A stretch of DNA of 64,000 nt from Azolla caroliniana (taxonomy: Eukaryota > Plantae > Polypodiophyta). Numbering within the stretch: position 1 is the stretch's first letter; each line of letters starts with the position of its first letter. The position numbers and the translations under genes are program-made. Positions 24,801 to 36,670 of the stretch are shown here, one piece after another. The stretch is taken from NCBI GenBank assembly GCA_043228905.1, contig JBHGNT010000003.1:11346001-11410000 (forward strand), in the 5' to 3' direction. The notes under the pieces were generated by a model. That model searched no databases, had not been told where the DNA came from, and was given only the letters and a program-made list of their open reading frames with translations.

Positions 24801-25776
24801 ACCCGAGCTACGCTCTGACCGTTCACTTCAAGTGGATGGTGGATCTGGTGACGATGCCGATGGGGGTAGGGCAGATGCGATATCTGGTGCTGGCTCGAGA
24901 GGACCTAATGAACCAGGTGGAGGGCCGACCATTGCCAAACAAAACGACCACGGCCGTGTGCCGATTTCTGATCGAAGAAGTGGTATGTCGGTACGGGTGC
25001 ATAGGAAAGATCGTAGCCGACCGCGGAGAACTGGACGCACAAGAGGTTGAAGAGTTGTTTGACCAGTTAGGGGTTAAACTCTCGCTCACCATGGCGTACA
25101 ATCCAGAGGGGAACGGGAAGGTGGAACGCAGACACGGGCTGATCGTCAAAGAGTTAGTGTGGGCATGTGGAGGCCAAGTCGGAAATTGGCCGCGGCTCTT
25201 ACCCTATGCATTGTGGGCCGACCGAACTACGCATAGTTCAGTAACCAGGTTCATGCCGGCGGAGCTGATGTACGGGCAAAAGCCGGTTATGCCAATGGAG
25301 CGAATGATCTCCTCATGGGCCACGATGGACTGGAGAGACGAGATGAGCCGGGAGGAGCTGTTAGCGGCACGGATCCGACAGCTCGAGCGAAGACCGGAGG
25401 ACGTGGAACAAGCCGCGGAAAAGTTGCGGGCCGCGAGGGTAAAGAACAAGGGACGATTCCACCGGACTCACCGACTAAGGCCAAAGAAAATTGAGGAAGG
25501 CAACTGGGTTCTGGTATATGACAGCAGCCTCGACAACCACCACAAGGGATGCGGAAGTTCGCAAGGAGGTGGTTCGGCCCTTACGTGGTGACAATCGCCA
25601 ACGACAACGGGACCTACCATCTCGCGGAGCTTGACGAGGCGAGGATGGCAGTACCGGTGGCCGGGAAAAAGATCAAAGCATTTAAAAAGCAGCACGAGGA
25701 TGAACCAGACCCGGACGACTTAGATAGCGAGGACGACCAGTTCGGAGCGAATGGCGATCCGGAGGATGAAGGGTAA
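21862..25776 (+). pseudogene. D protease and pol
   Basis: LVDHGSEINLMS; RT, RNase H and integrase homologous to the B ORF; several stops and frameshifts. Confidence 0.92.
22323..22387 (+). promoter_or_regulatory. Candidate -1 frameshift signal of D: G_GAU_UUU with stem/pseudoknot
   Basis: The protease ORF ends GGG GAT TTT TAG. The -1 frame is open into ORF 22554. A 7-nt spacer precedes the ggctatc/gatagtc stem. Confidence 0.7.
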
Positions 25777-25849
25777 GCGCGGGCCAGTCTACTACGGCAA
25801 GAGTCTATTTTGGCACATACTGGTGGATGCGCGGTTAGGTGGTGGGGGA

Positions 25850-26518
25850 TGTCGTGGAGAAAACTGTCCCTAGCCGGAATCAGAGAATGATGTGTGCGAA
25901 CCAGCCTTACACGCGAGCACAAGTTTTGTTGTAATGTACATATTTGGGTACAAGTCGGCCAATGTGAATATCCTAGGTCACACGTATTTGATAGGTAGGA
26001 AAACGAGGCATATCTTTGTCCGAAATGATAGAGAATAAAGATGATGTAACAAGTTGTAACGGCCTCCTTGGGCTATAAAAGAGAGGGAGAGGAATCGTAA
26101 ACGGGATTGCTTTTGTCGAGGACGAAGTGTTGTCGAACTGGAACTAGAGCTCTTCTCCTCTGCCTTTCTCTGTTTTTGCGCTCTGTAGGTTTTCGGGAGG
26201 CTGACTCTGCTCCACGAAATGCCCGAGTGCTTCCGGTAGAGTCTCCATCTCTCTCTTCTGTGTGCGTGTGCGTAGGCATAGGAGATCTGTCGCTCACCGG
26301 CCTGCCGGTTGTAACCCCCTTTTTCATCAGAATATACATATACGCATTCGTCTCGTTTCCGTTGTTTCGTTCAGATGCGGTTTTTGTGTATCGGTGTGTG
26401 TGTGTGTGTGGAAGCACGGCGGTTGTCTTTCTTGCTCCTACTCCTGATCGGTCATTCCTCGGTCCAAGTCCCCCGTGATCCCGCCTCGTTCTATATGCAC
26501 GCGCGTAAGAACGTGACA
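25850..26518 (+). repeat. 3' LTR of D
   Basis: Follows PPT ggtggtggggga; ends GTGACA then ACGT. Confidence 0.92.
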
Positions 26519-27758
26519 ACGTTGCTGACGGAATATCACGAGAGCCCTTGGTCTAGACATTGGGGAACATGGGCCACCTTCGAGAAGCTAAAGTACAAGT
26601 ATTGGTGGCCAAGAATGTATGGTTACGTGCACCACTTCGTGACAACGTGCGAGAACTGTCATATGCATTCCGGAGTTCATCACCGCGACGAGCTACACCA
26701 GCCAAGCATACACTTCAAGTGGATGGTGGACTTACTGACGATGTCGATGGGGGTAGGACAAAAGAGATACTTGTTGCTTTCACGGGAGGATTTGACAAAC
26801 CAAGTGGAAGGTCGGGCATTGCAAAACAAGATGAGTGTGGTCGTGTGTCGGTTCCTAATCGAAGAGGTGGTTTGCCGATCCGGGTGTGTGGGAAAGATTG
26901 TGGCCGACCGAGGGGAACTAGATGCTCGAGAGGCCGAGGAGTTGTTCGACCGGTTAGGGGTTAAGCTCTCCCTCACTATGGCATATAAGCCAGAAGTGAA
27001 CAAGAAGGTGGAGCGTGGACACGGGCCAATTGTGAACGCACTGGTATAGGCGTGTGAGGGGCAGGTTGGGAATTGGCCACGGCTTCTGCCTTGTGCTTTA
27101 TGGGCGGACTGGACTACGCACAATTCGTTAACCGGATATATGTCGGCTAAACTCATGTACGGGGAAAAATTGATTATGTCAGTGGAGCAGATGATCCCTT
27201 CGTGGACTGTGGTCGATTGGGCGGGAGAAATGAGCAGGGAGGAGTTTCTAGCAGCGCGGGTACGTCAACTTGAGTGGAGGCCGGAGGACATAGAATGGGC
27301 AAAGGAAAATTTGTACACGGCGCGGGAGAGAACAAGGGCCAATTTGACTGGATGCACCGGTTGCAACCGAACAAGATCAAAGAAGGCGACTGGATGATGG
27401 TCTACGTCAGCATCCTCGACAACCAACACAGGGCAACGCGGAAGTTTGCGCGGAGATGGTTCGAGCCTTCTGTGGTGACAAGCACGAATGAGAACGCCAC
27501 GTACCACCTTGCGGAGCTCGACGGGATGAGGATAACGATACCGGTTGCAGGTAAGCGGATTAAGGACTTCAAGAAGCGGCACAAAGCGGCACAAAGCGGC
27601 ACCAGACCCGGAGATCGGGAGCGAGGCTGGCGAACCGGAGGCACCAAACCATGATCGAGAGGCCGACAAATCGGAGGAAGAAGAATAACTGAACAACCGG
27701 AATTCCCATCTCTCTCTCTTAGCACATACCAGTGGATGTGCGGTTTGGTGGGGGTGGA

Positions 27759-28260
27759 TGTCGTGGGAAGTTCCGGCTACATAGTGAAACAAAGCCGGAC
27801 GCGCTGGAACGGGTGAAGACCAACATTAGATCTCTAAGTATGAATGCATGTAAATAACATAGGACTAGAAAATAGGAGTTAATGGGTACTTTAGGGTCCC
27901 ACACGAATAGAGAGGAAGGGAGTGAGTCTGACGTGGGGAGATCGAGGAGGTCTTTGTCCGAAGCCACCGACTTAACTACCTAATGTGACAACCCTCTCTC
28001 TCCTTGGTCTATAAAAGAAGGGAGAGAGGACTAAAAGGGGATGGGCTTTTTGGGAGGACAAAGTGTTGCCGGTTTAAATGTCGAGCTCTCTCTCTCTCTC
28101 ACTCCTCTACCTGGTTCTAGAAGGAAAACTTTTGCTCCTACAGGAAGCCCGTGAGCTGTGGGATAGTGCTTAGCACGTCGGACCCACTTCCACCCTTTAT
28201 TCATTGTCAAAAATATCAAGGATATTGGGTTCTAGGCAATTACTCACGTCGGTCGCGACA
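27759..28260 (+). repeat. 3' LTR of C
   Basis: TGTCGTG...CGCGACA after PPT ggtgggggtgga. No partner LTR in the window. Confidence 0.8.
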
Positions 28261-30058
28261 GGAGTTGTCGCAGCGTTGCTTGGCTCGATCACGTCGGACT
28301 CTGGCCATGAACTTGGTTCCATGGGGGCAGGCCCTGAAAGATGTTCCGGTTCCCCGGAGTATGATGGCCCCGGAGTGTTATGTTCCCCGGAGTCATTGTC
28401 TAGGAGTATGATGCCCGCTGCTCTTTTCGTCTCCTCTGCTTTCTGTTATTAGGTTTCAATAACTTGGAGTTGGAGCGAGGTATGAAGTTGGCTACCACCG
28501 AAGTTCTCCATTAGCTACGTTATCTCCTCGGAGTGGTCTGCCAAGGTTGGGTAGTCTTGTGTAAGGTCCTCTCAGACCGTGACAATGCTTTCCTCACTCA
28601 GCTTGTAGAAGCCTTTTCCTTCCTTCTGGCGGTTCTCTTTACCGGCCATTTAGATGTGGAGCTCATCTGCTTGCGCCGCCGCCCATCCGGCCCAACCTTT
28701 GTTTAGGGCCATTTGCAATTGGGTCATGAAGCGTTCTCGCTTTGTTTGGAGGAGAATGCGAATGCACTCAGTTCTCATCTGCGTGAGAATGGGCCATATT
28801 TGTGACTCCCTTTAATGGAGTTCCTCCAATTGGCCCATTTCCTTATTCAAGCGGGTTTTGACATCTCGAGTGAAGTTCGTTTTCGAGCTATTCATCATAC
28901 CACCCCTGCTTCTTCTGCAGCACCTCGCGAAGCGATGTGACGATCTTGTCTTTCTGGGCTACGTTCGTCTTTTGTTTGTTGAGTTCGGCGATTGTTTGTT
29001 TGTGTGCAGCGAACTCAGCATCCGGTTTTTCTTGAATTGCTTTTACGGCCTTGCATCCTTTTCCCTGAATATCGGCCTCTCTATCCGAGGATTAAAGGAG
29101 TTCAGACCGGAGCCATTCGATTTCCATCTCAGGCCGCTTTGTGGTGCATTTTTCTTTGTCCATGATTGCCTTTTGTGCCTCGACTTCCTCCCATAGCGTT
29201 TGTATCTCTGGTGTAAGCAAGGTTAGGGTAGGAGCTGGCTCCATCCGTGCTTATGTATCGCTCTCTACCTTCGCGATTTTGTGTTGTGCCTTCTCCAGTT
29301 GCTACTACGTTAGTTTTATCATTTTCCATTGATTTTTATTTTTCTCTGCCATATCTTTGGCGCCGATGGAAACCGACGCTGACTCCATGTGTACTTCCAC
29401 CAATGTCGTATTTAGGGGTGGTAGCTCGATGCCGATTCTTTGGACGCTTGTGTTTCGCTTCCAACTGACCCTAGCCAGAGGGCCTTTGTCTTCACTTTTT
29501 GTTGTATGTGTCAGCACCTGTTCAATCATCTAGCATTCAGCATGCTCCTCCGCCATGCCTGCGACACCTTCATTTGTTGGGTATCCAGGAACTCCATGAG
29601 TTCGAAGGTGGTGTAGAACTGTAGCAAAGCACTGAATTCGTGGGCTATGTCCAGAATGTCGGGGTAGGACAACACTTCCATCTCGAATGTTAGCACGCCC
29701 TTGCCTTGTTGCGTTGTTCGGTCAAGATTGGGCGTGGTTGTGGAATTAATTCCAATCTCATCTCGGTTCCTGGAGCCGTGTCTTTGACAAGCCCGCGGCC
29801 ATCCTTTCTTTCCAGCCTTCTGCGTTTGGCCTTCGGGCTTCCATGAGCCAGCTCCTATTCGACCTGTGTATCTGCAGTAGGCCGTGGTTCGACTCGCAAG
29901 GTGGGGTCCGGTTGTTGTTCTACTTGCGGAGCTATGGGTTCAATCCCCACAAACTTTCTTCATCCTCCCGCTCGATCATGGTGAGTTCGGCGAGCTTGCA
30001 TTTTGATGGTCGTGGCATGACTACAAGGCGGGCCGTTTCAAGGATGGGGGGGGGGAGG

Positions 30059-30360
30059 TGTTGAGGACAAGGTCGTCAGTGCGGAAGAACAAACAACATC
30101 TATGATGTTGAAGGACCTGTGTATGAGAATGAACAAGATACACACAGAGAGAGAGAGAGAGATAGGCACAAAGAAACGTTTTATTTCTTCATAGCAACAG
30201 TTACAAATGACAACCAACTTTTTCACTAAAGGTTACAAAGTCATTTTATATAATGACTATCCTAGGGCAACTGCCCTTTATGCTATTTATAGAAATAGCC
30301 CAATCTTGGGTTGTCCAAAGGGATAGTGTGAATATGGCCATTATACACTCGTATTCGACA
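30059..30360 (-). repeat. 3' LTR of G
   Basis: Direct repeat of 52960-53263. Confidence 0.92.
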
Positions 30361-30564
30361 CTCCCCCATAATGGGCGTATACATGGGTTATTTGAAATTA
30401 CAAGTATATACAAGGTTTATTGGACAGATCGGTTTTGCTCGAGTCGGCAAGATTTGAAGACAGAAGACCAAACCAATCGGGTCAAAATAGTTGAAGCCGA
30501 TCCTCAAAGAACCGAAGTCGGTTGTCCGAAACCATCCTGTGATGTGTGTCCGACTTTAACAGGA

Positions 30565-33563
30565 TCAATTTTTCGTTACGCCCATCTGGTGCCGAAGGGA
30601 CCGGAAACGATCCGCGGAAAGACACTTGGTCATTCCATCTGCGACATTATCGGTTGTGGATATCTTCTTGAGACCGATTTTCCCTGAAATAACACAGTCC
30701 CAAACAAAATGATATCGAACATCGATATGCTTGGAGGCATTGTGGTGAACCGGATTTTTTGACAAAGCAATAGCACCGTAATTGTCATTGTAGACAACTG
30801 GAGCTAAGTCGAAGTCAACTTGTCGAAACGTGTGTGCTAGCCGACCGAGCCATAAAGCTTCTTTTGTCGTGTCACACACAACTACATATTCCGCTTCGGT
30901 TGTTGAGGTGGTTGTGCACTCCTGAAGTTTCGACTTCCACGAGATTGCTCCATTGCCGAATTTGAAACAATATCCGGTTGTTGATTTCCGACTGTCCACG
31001 CAGTCAGCGAAATCCGAGTCAGTGTAACCGACTACGCCTGAGGTTGAGTTCGGGCCAAAAAGAATGCCATGGTCTTTTGAGCCAGCTAGATATCTGAACA
31101 CATGCTTGACTGCGTTCCAGTGCGATCGGCCTGGGTTGTGCATGAATTTGCTGACGACTCCTACGGTGTGAGAAATATCAGGCTGTGTCGTGACCATCGC
31201 GTACATAAGGGAGCCGAGTGCCGGTGCATACGGTATCGACTTCATATCTTCCCCCTCCGGACTAGATGTTGGGCAGTCTCGCTGAGACAGTCGAAGGTTA
31301 ATGGGCAGTGGGGTCGAAGCAGACTTGGCCGACTGCATGTTGAAGCGTTCCAAGACATGTCCAATGTAGTCGGTTTAAGACAAGAAGAGTTGTCGTTTAT
31401 CCCGATGCCGACTAATCTTCATACCAAGTATGTGTCTTGCCGGACCAAGGTCCTTCATGGCAAACATCAACCGCAGTTTCCGAACGAGTTCGGTGAACTC
31501 TCCAACATGTCGTACGGAGAGTAGCATGTCGTCCATGTAAATGATGAGGAAGACAGGAGACTTGACTTGAGCTGTTTTGGTGAAGAGACAATGATCCTCG
31601 TCGCTCTTGGAGAAGCCGACCGACTGGATGAAATCGTCGAACTTCTTGTATCACTGTCGGGGTGCCTGTTTCAGGCCATATAAACTCTTCCTAAGTCAAC
31701 AGACTAGATGTTCCTGGCCGGATGCCACAAAGCCTTTCGGCTGCTCCATATAGATTTCCTCCTGTAGGTCACCATGGAGGAATGACATTTTTACATCTAG
31801 CTGAATCAGCTCCAAGTTGTCGGAGGCCACGACGCCGAGCATGAAACAAAGGGTTGTCATTTTCACCACTGGTGAAAAGATTTCATCGAAGTCGACGCCA
31901 TGTTCTTGTCAAAATCCCTTCGTAACTAATTTGGCCTTGTACTTTGGGTTGGTTGAATTGGACGTCTCTTTTAGTTGATAGACCCACTTACACAAAAGAG
32001 CACGTCGATTCTTCGGTAATTCGACCAAGTCCCAAGTCTTGTTTGCGCGAATGAAGTGCATTTCCGACTCCATCGCCAGATGCTAGGTGGCTCAGTCGGC
32101 AAATGCCGATGCTTCTTCATAAGACATCGGTTCGCCGGCGTCAGTAAAGGAAATTCTGGGAGAGTACCTTTCCGGAGGTTGCGACGGTCTCTCGGATCTT
32201 CGAGGTATGATTGGACTGGTCTCACCGGCTATAGGTGTCGGATGGTCGGAAGCCGAGCCACTCGGCTATGCTGAATCGGTGGATTCGGGATGGGAGGTGT
32301 TGGTTACCCGTGAAACCGATGTCATGTTGTGGGTTGGGCCTTCATGAAGGGTTGGCACTCCGGAAAATATTACCCTTCGGACTTCAATAGGCCTTTCGGC
32401 CGTTTTCTGCATAGCTGACTCGTTGAACACGACGTCCGAAATTCGGACGATTTGTCTGTGCTCGGGGTTCGATAGTCAGTATCCGATCTCGCCGTCGGGT
32501 TCATATCCAAGGAAAATGCATTTCCTTGACCTTGGTTCAAGTTTCCGACGGTCGTCTTTCGGTATGAGGGCATACGCCTCGCAGCCGAAGATCCTCAACT
32601 TGTCATAATTCGGCTTACTTTGTGAGACGTCATTGGATAGAACAACGAAACAATCTTTTCATGAAAATCCAATATGATATAGAAAACCTTAGATACTCTT
32701 CATTCAGTCTAGGTCTCTAGCAATGTAGGAGTATCCAAAGGTCGAATCAGTAAGAGGAAGATCTATCTCTTCTTTTTACTGATAGAACAACATTATGATC
32801 TAAAATGATTGAAAATTTTAGATCATTCCCTATATAAGTCTTTCCGTTATACAAAACGAGTATAAAGAATAAGAAAATTGTTAATTTATTCATTCTGTAG
32901 TGGGTGTGGCAAGCGACCCATCCCACAGGGAAGTTTTGGGTATGCTACTCAGACCCGGGGAATTCTTGATGTAGATATTCCATGTTTCCTGAGGTATTTT
33001 AAGTCCTAGAGGTCTACTTGGCGACATATTGATTATGTGTACTGCCGTAAGTAGAGCCTCAACCCAGAAGCCATCTGACAGTCCGGAGTGTTGGAGCATG
33101 GATACTATGCGTTCTTGAACCGTTCGATTCATGCGTTCAGCAATTCCGTTCTACTCTGGACTATAGGGTGTTGTATATTCACGTCGAATGCCTCGTTCCC
33201 GGCAAAATTTGACGAATTCGTCAGACTTGAATTCTCCTCCATTATCGGTTCGGAGACATTTTAGTTTCCGACCGGTCTGGTTTTCGACCATTGCAAGCCA
33301 TTCGGAGAAGATCGAGAACACCCGATATTTGGTTCTAATGGGGTAAGCCCACACCTTCTGAGTCGAGTTGTCAATAAGACTGACGAAGTACGAAGCACCG
33401 CCGAGAGACTGATGTTGCATCGCGCCACAGACGTTCGAGTGGACCAAATCGAGGGGACTCGATTCTCTTTGTGCTAATGTCAGGTGTGATGCGGCCACCT
33501 ATTTGCCGTACTGGCAAAGCTCGCAGAATTGGTGATCCGAGAAGGAGATCTTGGGGATGTAAC
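30565..33563 (-). pseudogene. G integrase, RT and RNase H
   Basis: LRTDNGGEF, GYTDSDFA, STTEAEY; multiple stops. Confidence 0.9.
32621..32976. mobile_element. AT-rich insertion in the G integrase, probably a solo or partial LTR
   Basis: Interrupts IPQETW|SKPNYDKLRIFGC, starts TGT and contains a TATA-like element. No clean TSD. Confidence 0.5.
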
Positions 33564-33568
33564 TGTCA

Positions 33569-33638
33569 TGATATGGCAAGACTCGAACCCATGACCTTAG
33601 GTTATATGGGTCGAGCTCTTGACCATTAGATCATCTAT
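33569..33638 (-). promoter_or_regulatory. tRNA-like A/B-box cassette at the U3 tip of the H LTR (second copy 35500-35569)
   Basis: Minus strand reads TGATCTAATGGTCAAGAGC...AGGTCATGGGTTCGAGTC. Confidence 0.6.
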
Positions 33639-33999
33639 TGTAATACGTAGAATATTATTTTCATTTACATTTTATTATAGGAAATTAGTGTATATTCCAG
33701 ATTTCTCTAGAACATTCTAGAAGCTTCAGGATTACTCCTGAAAACACTATAAAAGAGGGCACTAGGCATTATGTTGAACCAAATTGGTTCAACGCCAGTC
33801 TTAAGCCTTTTAGCCACCATTATATATTCTCTTCATATAATACATATCTTTCTTATCATCACTCTCTCTCTCTCAATTTCTCTCTTTCTCTCTGTCTCGC
33901 TCACTTCTTCCTTCTCTCGAAGAAGTTCCACACCTCTCATAGTACTAATCCTTCGTTTAGTACTAATTCCTTCTCTGTCTCAGTACTGTTCATGACAGT

Positions 34000-34011
34000 T
34001 TGAACCAATTT
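34000..34011 (+). promoter_or_regulatory. Self-priming PBS of H
   Basis: TTGAACCAATTT is the exact complement of AAATTGGTTCAA (33781-33792), which lies 33 nt after TATAAAA (33748). No tRNA-type PBS is present. Confidence 0.8.
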
Positions 34012-34071
34012 TCCCTACCTTCTGTCTCTCTCATTTCCTACTAATCTTTTATTCCTCTTTTCTTTCATCCC

Positions 34072-35223
34072 ATGGCCACTGTTAGCGCTGAAGAATATCA
34101 ATCTGTTTTCTCGGAATTTCAATGCTTGAAGGAGAAGTTCCATGCTTTGGAACAAGAAAACCAACGGTTGCTGGGGGATCTTCAGCAAATCTCCTTAGAA
34201 AAGTAGCAAACGCAACAACAACATGGGGAACTTGCGTTACGCGTGCAACAACTCGAAGCAACCATCGTAGCGATGCAACAACAAGGGCCCGGAACACAAG
34301 GGATTCATAAAGAACCCAAGATTGGACTTCCCATGAAGTTCAATGGAACACGATCGCAGTTTAGAGGGTTCCTTAACCAGGTACAATTAGTTATTCAAAT
34401 GCATCCTTCCCGATATCCCACCAATGCATCACGAGTGGGTTTAGTAGGCACTTTGTTAAGTGGCTCAGCATTGTCATGGTTCGCTCCACTATTAGAAAAG
34501 GAATCTCCGTTACTCAACAATTTTGAAGAGTTTCTAGGTGAGTTTAAAGCATGTTTCGTAGATACTGACAGCATCAGGACCGCAATCAACAAAATCCGGC
34601 GATTACGCCAAGGTGACCGTCCAGCCTCCGCATACGTTGCAGATTTTCGCCTCCTCGCCGTCGATATCCCTTGGGATGATCAAGCATTGATGGAGCAATT
34701 CCATTATGGTTTACGCAACAACGTCAAGGATTTACTATTGACCTTCCCCGAAGAGCCAAAGTCCTTAACAGAAGCAATCAGTCGCGCGGTGAGATGTGAC
34801 AACCGCCTCTTTGAGCGACGTTTGGAACGACAGCTACAGATACCGAGGGCAAGGTCAGAGCCCACCTACACCTCAGTGGTGGCAGGACCTTTTCCGAGGG
34901 AGTCATATAATGCGCCTCCAGCGAATACTCCGACTCCTATGGAGATTGACACTACACGTCGTCAAGGGCCATTATCCGAAGAAGAAAAGCAGCGACGTCG
35001 TACAAATCGACTATGTCTTTACTGCGGTGGACCAGGACATATCGCAATAAATTGCCTCCATAGGCCAAGAAGACAGGTAAACCAAATAGTCGCTAGTTCT
35101 AATTGTACTAAATCTGAGCCTATTTCAGTAGGGATATCTGATAGTCCTAATAGTACTAATATCCCAGATCTAGCAAACAAATTTGATGTCCTTAGTCAGT
35201 TAGAAGAAGAGTTAAACGACTAA
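34072..35223 (+). pseudogene. H gag with CCHC knuckle (two early TAG stops)
   Basis: KFNGTRSQFRGF, LRQGDRPASAY, PTPMEID, CLYCGGPGHIAINC. Confidence 0.9.
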
Positions 35224-35255
35224 GTCCAGCCAAAATAGGAGCCGTTTGGTTGGAC
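35211..35255 (+). promoter_or_regulatory. Candidate -1 gag-pol frameshift: G_UUA_AAC with 11-bp stem
   Basis: 6-nt spacer, then gtccagccaaa/tttggttggac. Conserved in J (49668-49712, minus). Confidence 0.75.
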
Positions 35256-35361
35256 AGCCCTAGATCTGTGCAGCCCATTAGTGGTTCCATTCCCTCTAAG
35301 TAAGTTAGTGATGTGTTCGTAGCCCAAGTAATAGTTAGTACTAAAAGTACCCCTCCAGTAC

Positions 35362-35494
35362 ACGTTCGAGTGGACCAAATCGAGGGGACTCGATTCTCTT
35401 TGTGCTGATGTCAGGTGTGATGCGGCCACCTATTTGCCGTACTGGCAAAGCTCGCAGAATTGGTGATCCGAGAAGGAGATCTTGGGGATGTAAC
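35362..35494. repeat. 133-bp copy of the left flank of H (33431-33563, copia G integrase)
   Basis: Near-identical sequence at offset 1931, including the TSD. Confidence 0.95.
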
Positions 35495-36412
35495 TGTCAT
35501 GATATGGCAAGACTCGAACCCATGACCTTAGGTTATATGGGTCGAGCTCTTGACCATTAGATCATCTATTGTAATACGTAGAATATTATTTTCATTTACA
35601 TTTTATTATAGGAAATTAGTGTATATTCCAGATTTCTCTGGAACGTTCTAGAAGCTTCAAGATTACTCTTGAAAACACTATAAAAGAGGGCACTAGGTGT
35701 TACGGGCATGACCATATAATATCCCGTGGTGAGAATTGTCGTAGTATTCTATACACGTGGATAAGTGTGAGGGTTAAACAAAGAGTCTAAAGAAGGGGAG
35801 GATTACTTTTAATCCTCGGGATTGAGACAACCCATGAGGCCAAGTGTGAACATGGCTGGGGGCCTTGAGAATTACTATAAATAAGAGGCCTAGCTACCCT
35901 CATTGGGGGCATGCATTGACTACGTCGAGACTCTGTCCGTGAGTGGAACGACTCTTGTAGCAAGCGCGCTATCGTCCAGGTACGACTCGACGCCAAGGCG
36001 GTGGTATGGGACGCCGATCGAGGCTCGAGTCCGTCTCGATCCCTTCGCTCGGGGGTGGTCGGGTGGATCGGCACCCTTCTTTCTCTCTTTTCTCTCTATT
36101 CTTTCTAGATCTATCATTGATATATCCTTATTTTATGCTTACTTTAGTACCTAATCTCTAATATTTGGTATCAGAGCCTATGTACTAACGTTTCTTTTGG
36201 TTTTCTTTTTGTCTTCGCGTGGGATGGCGATTGATCGTTGTGCGGTCGCCTTCATGCAGACAAGGATTAGCGAAAGAACTTCGGTAAATTTTCCTTAATT
36301 TTTTATCTAATTTTTCTTCTCCCTTCTATACATGTGTATACTTAATATGTAGTTTTTTTTTCATATATTCAATGATGTTGACGTGGTATTTAATTGGTTA
36401 TCTTAAACGTTT

Positions 36413-36670
36413 ACATATGTCCACGAGGTCAATACCTCGTTTGACATATAAATCATATGTGATGAGTGTCGTATGCGTACGAGGTTACAACCTCAATTGC
36501 GTATTACGTTCACGAACATATGTTACGTTCGCGTACGAGGTCAATACCTCGATTCGTTCGAAATGATATGCGTTGGATTTACTATGCGTAAGAGGTCAAT
36601 ACCTCAATTGCGAATTACGCTTAACCTTATTTTCGGATGTTTCGTGTGCGTAGAGGTATATGCCTCGATT
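36413..36670 (+). repeat. Array of 5 stem-loop units (GAGGT-N4-ACCTC) in the leader of I
   Basis: Cores start at 36425, 36481, 36537, 36592 and 36653. Confidence 0.9.

Larger units (their letters stand above)
11706..26518 (+). mobile_element. Gypsy D (same lineage as B and C), host of copia E
   Basis: LTRs 11706-12385 and 25850-26518, TSD ACGT on both sides, tRNA-Trp PBS, gag start 12431-13182, protease-pol 21862-25776. Confidence 0.92.
2944..28260 (+). mobile_element. Gypsy C: degenerate non-chromovirus (Phygy/Selgy-like), host of B and D; own segments 2944-3652, 9189-11705 and 26519-28260
   Basis: Protease IDHGSEINLMS, RT FLDD, RNase H and integrase, with many stops. Frames are restored when B and D are removed (WKIRATT; EQTTLLTEYHES). 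The 5' LTR is lost at junction 2943/2944. Confidence 0.85.
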
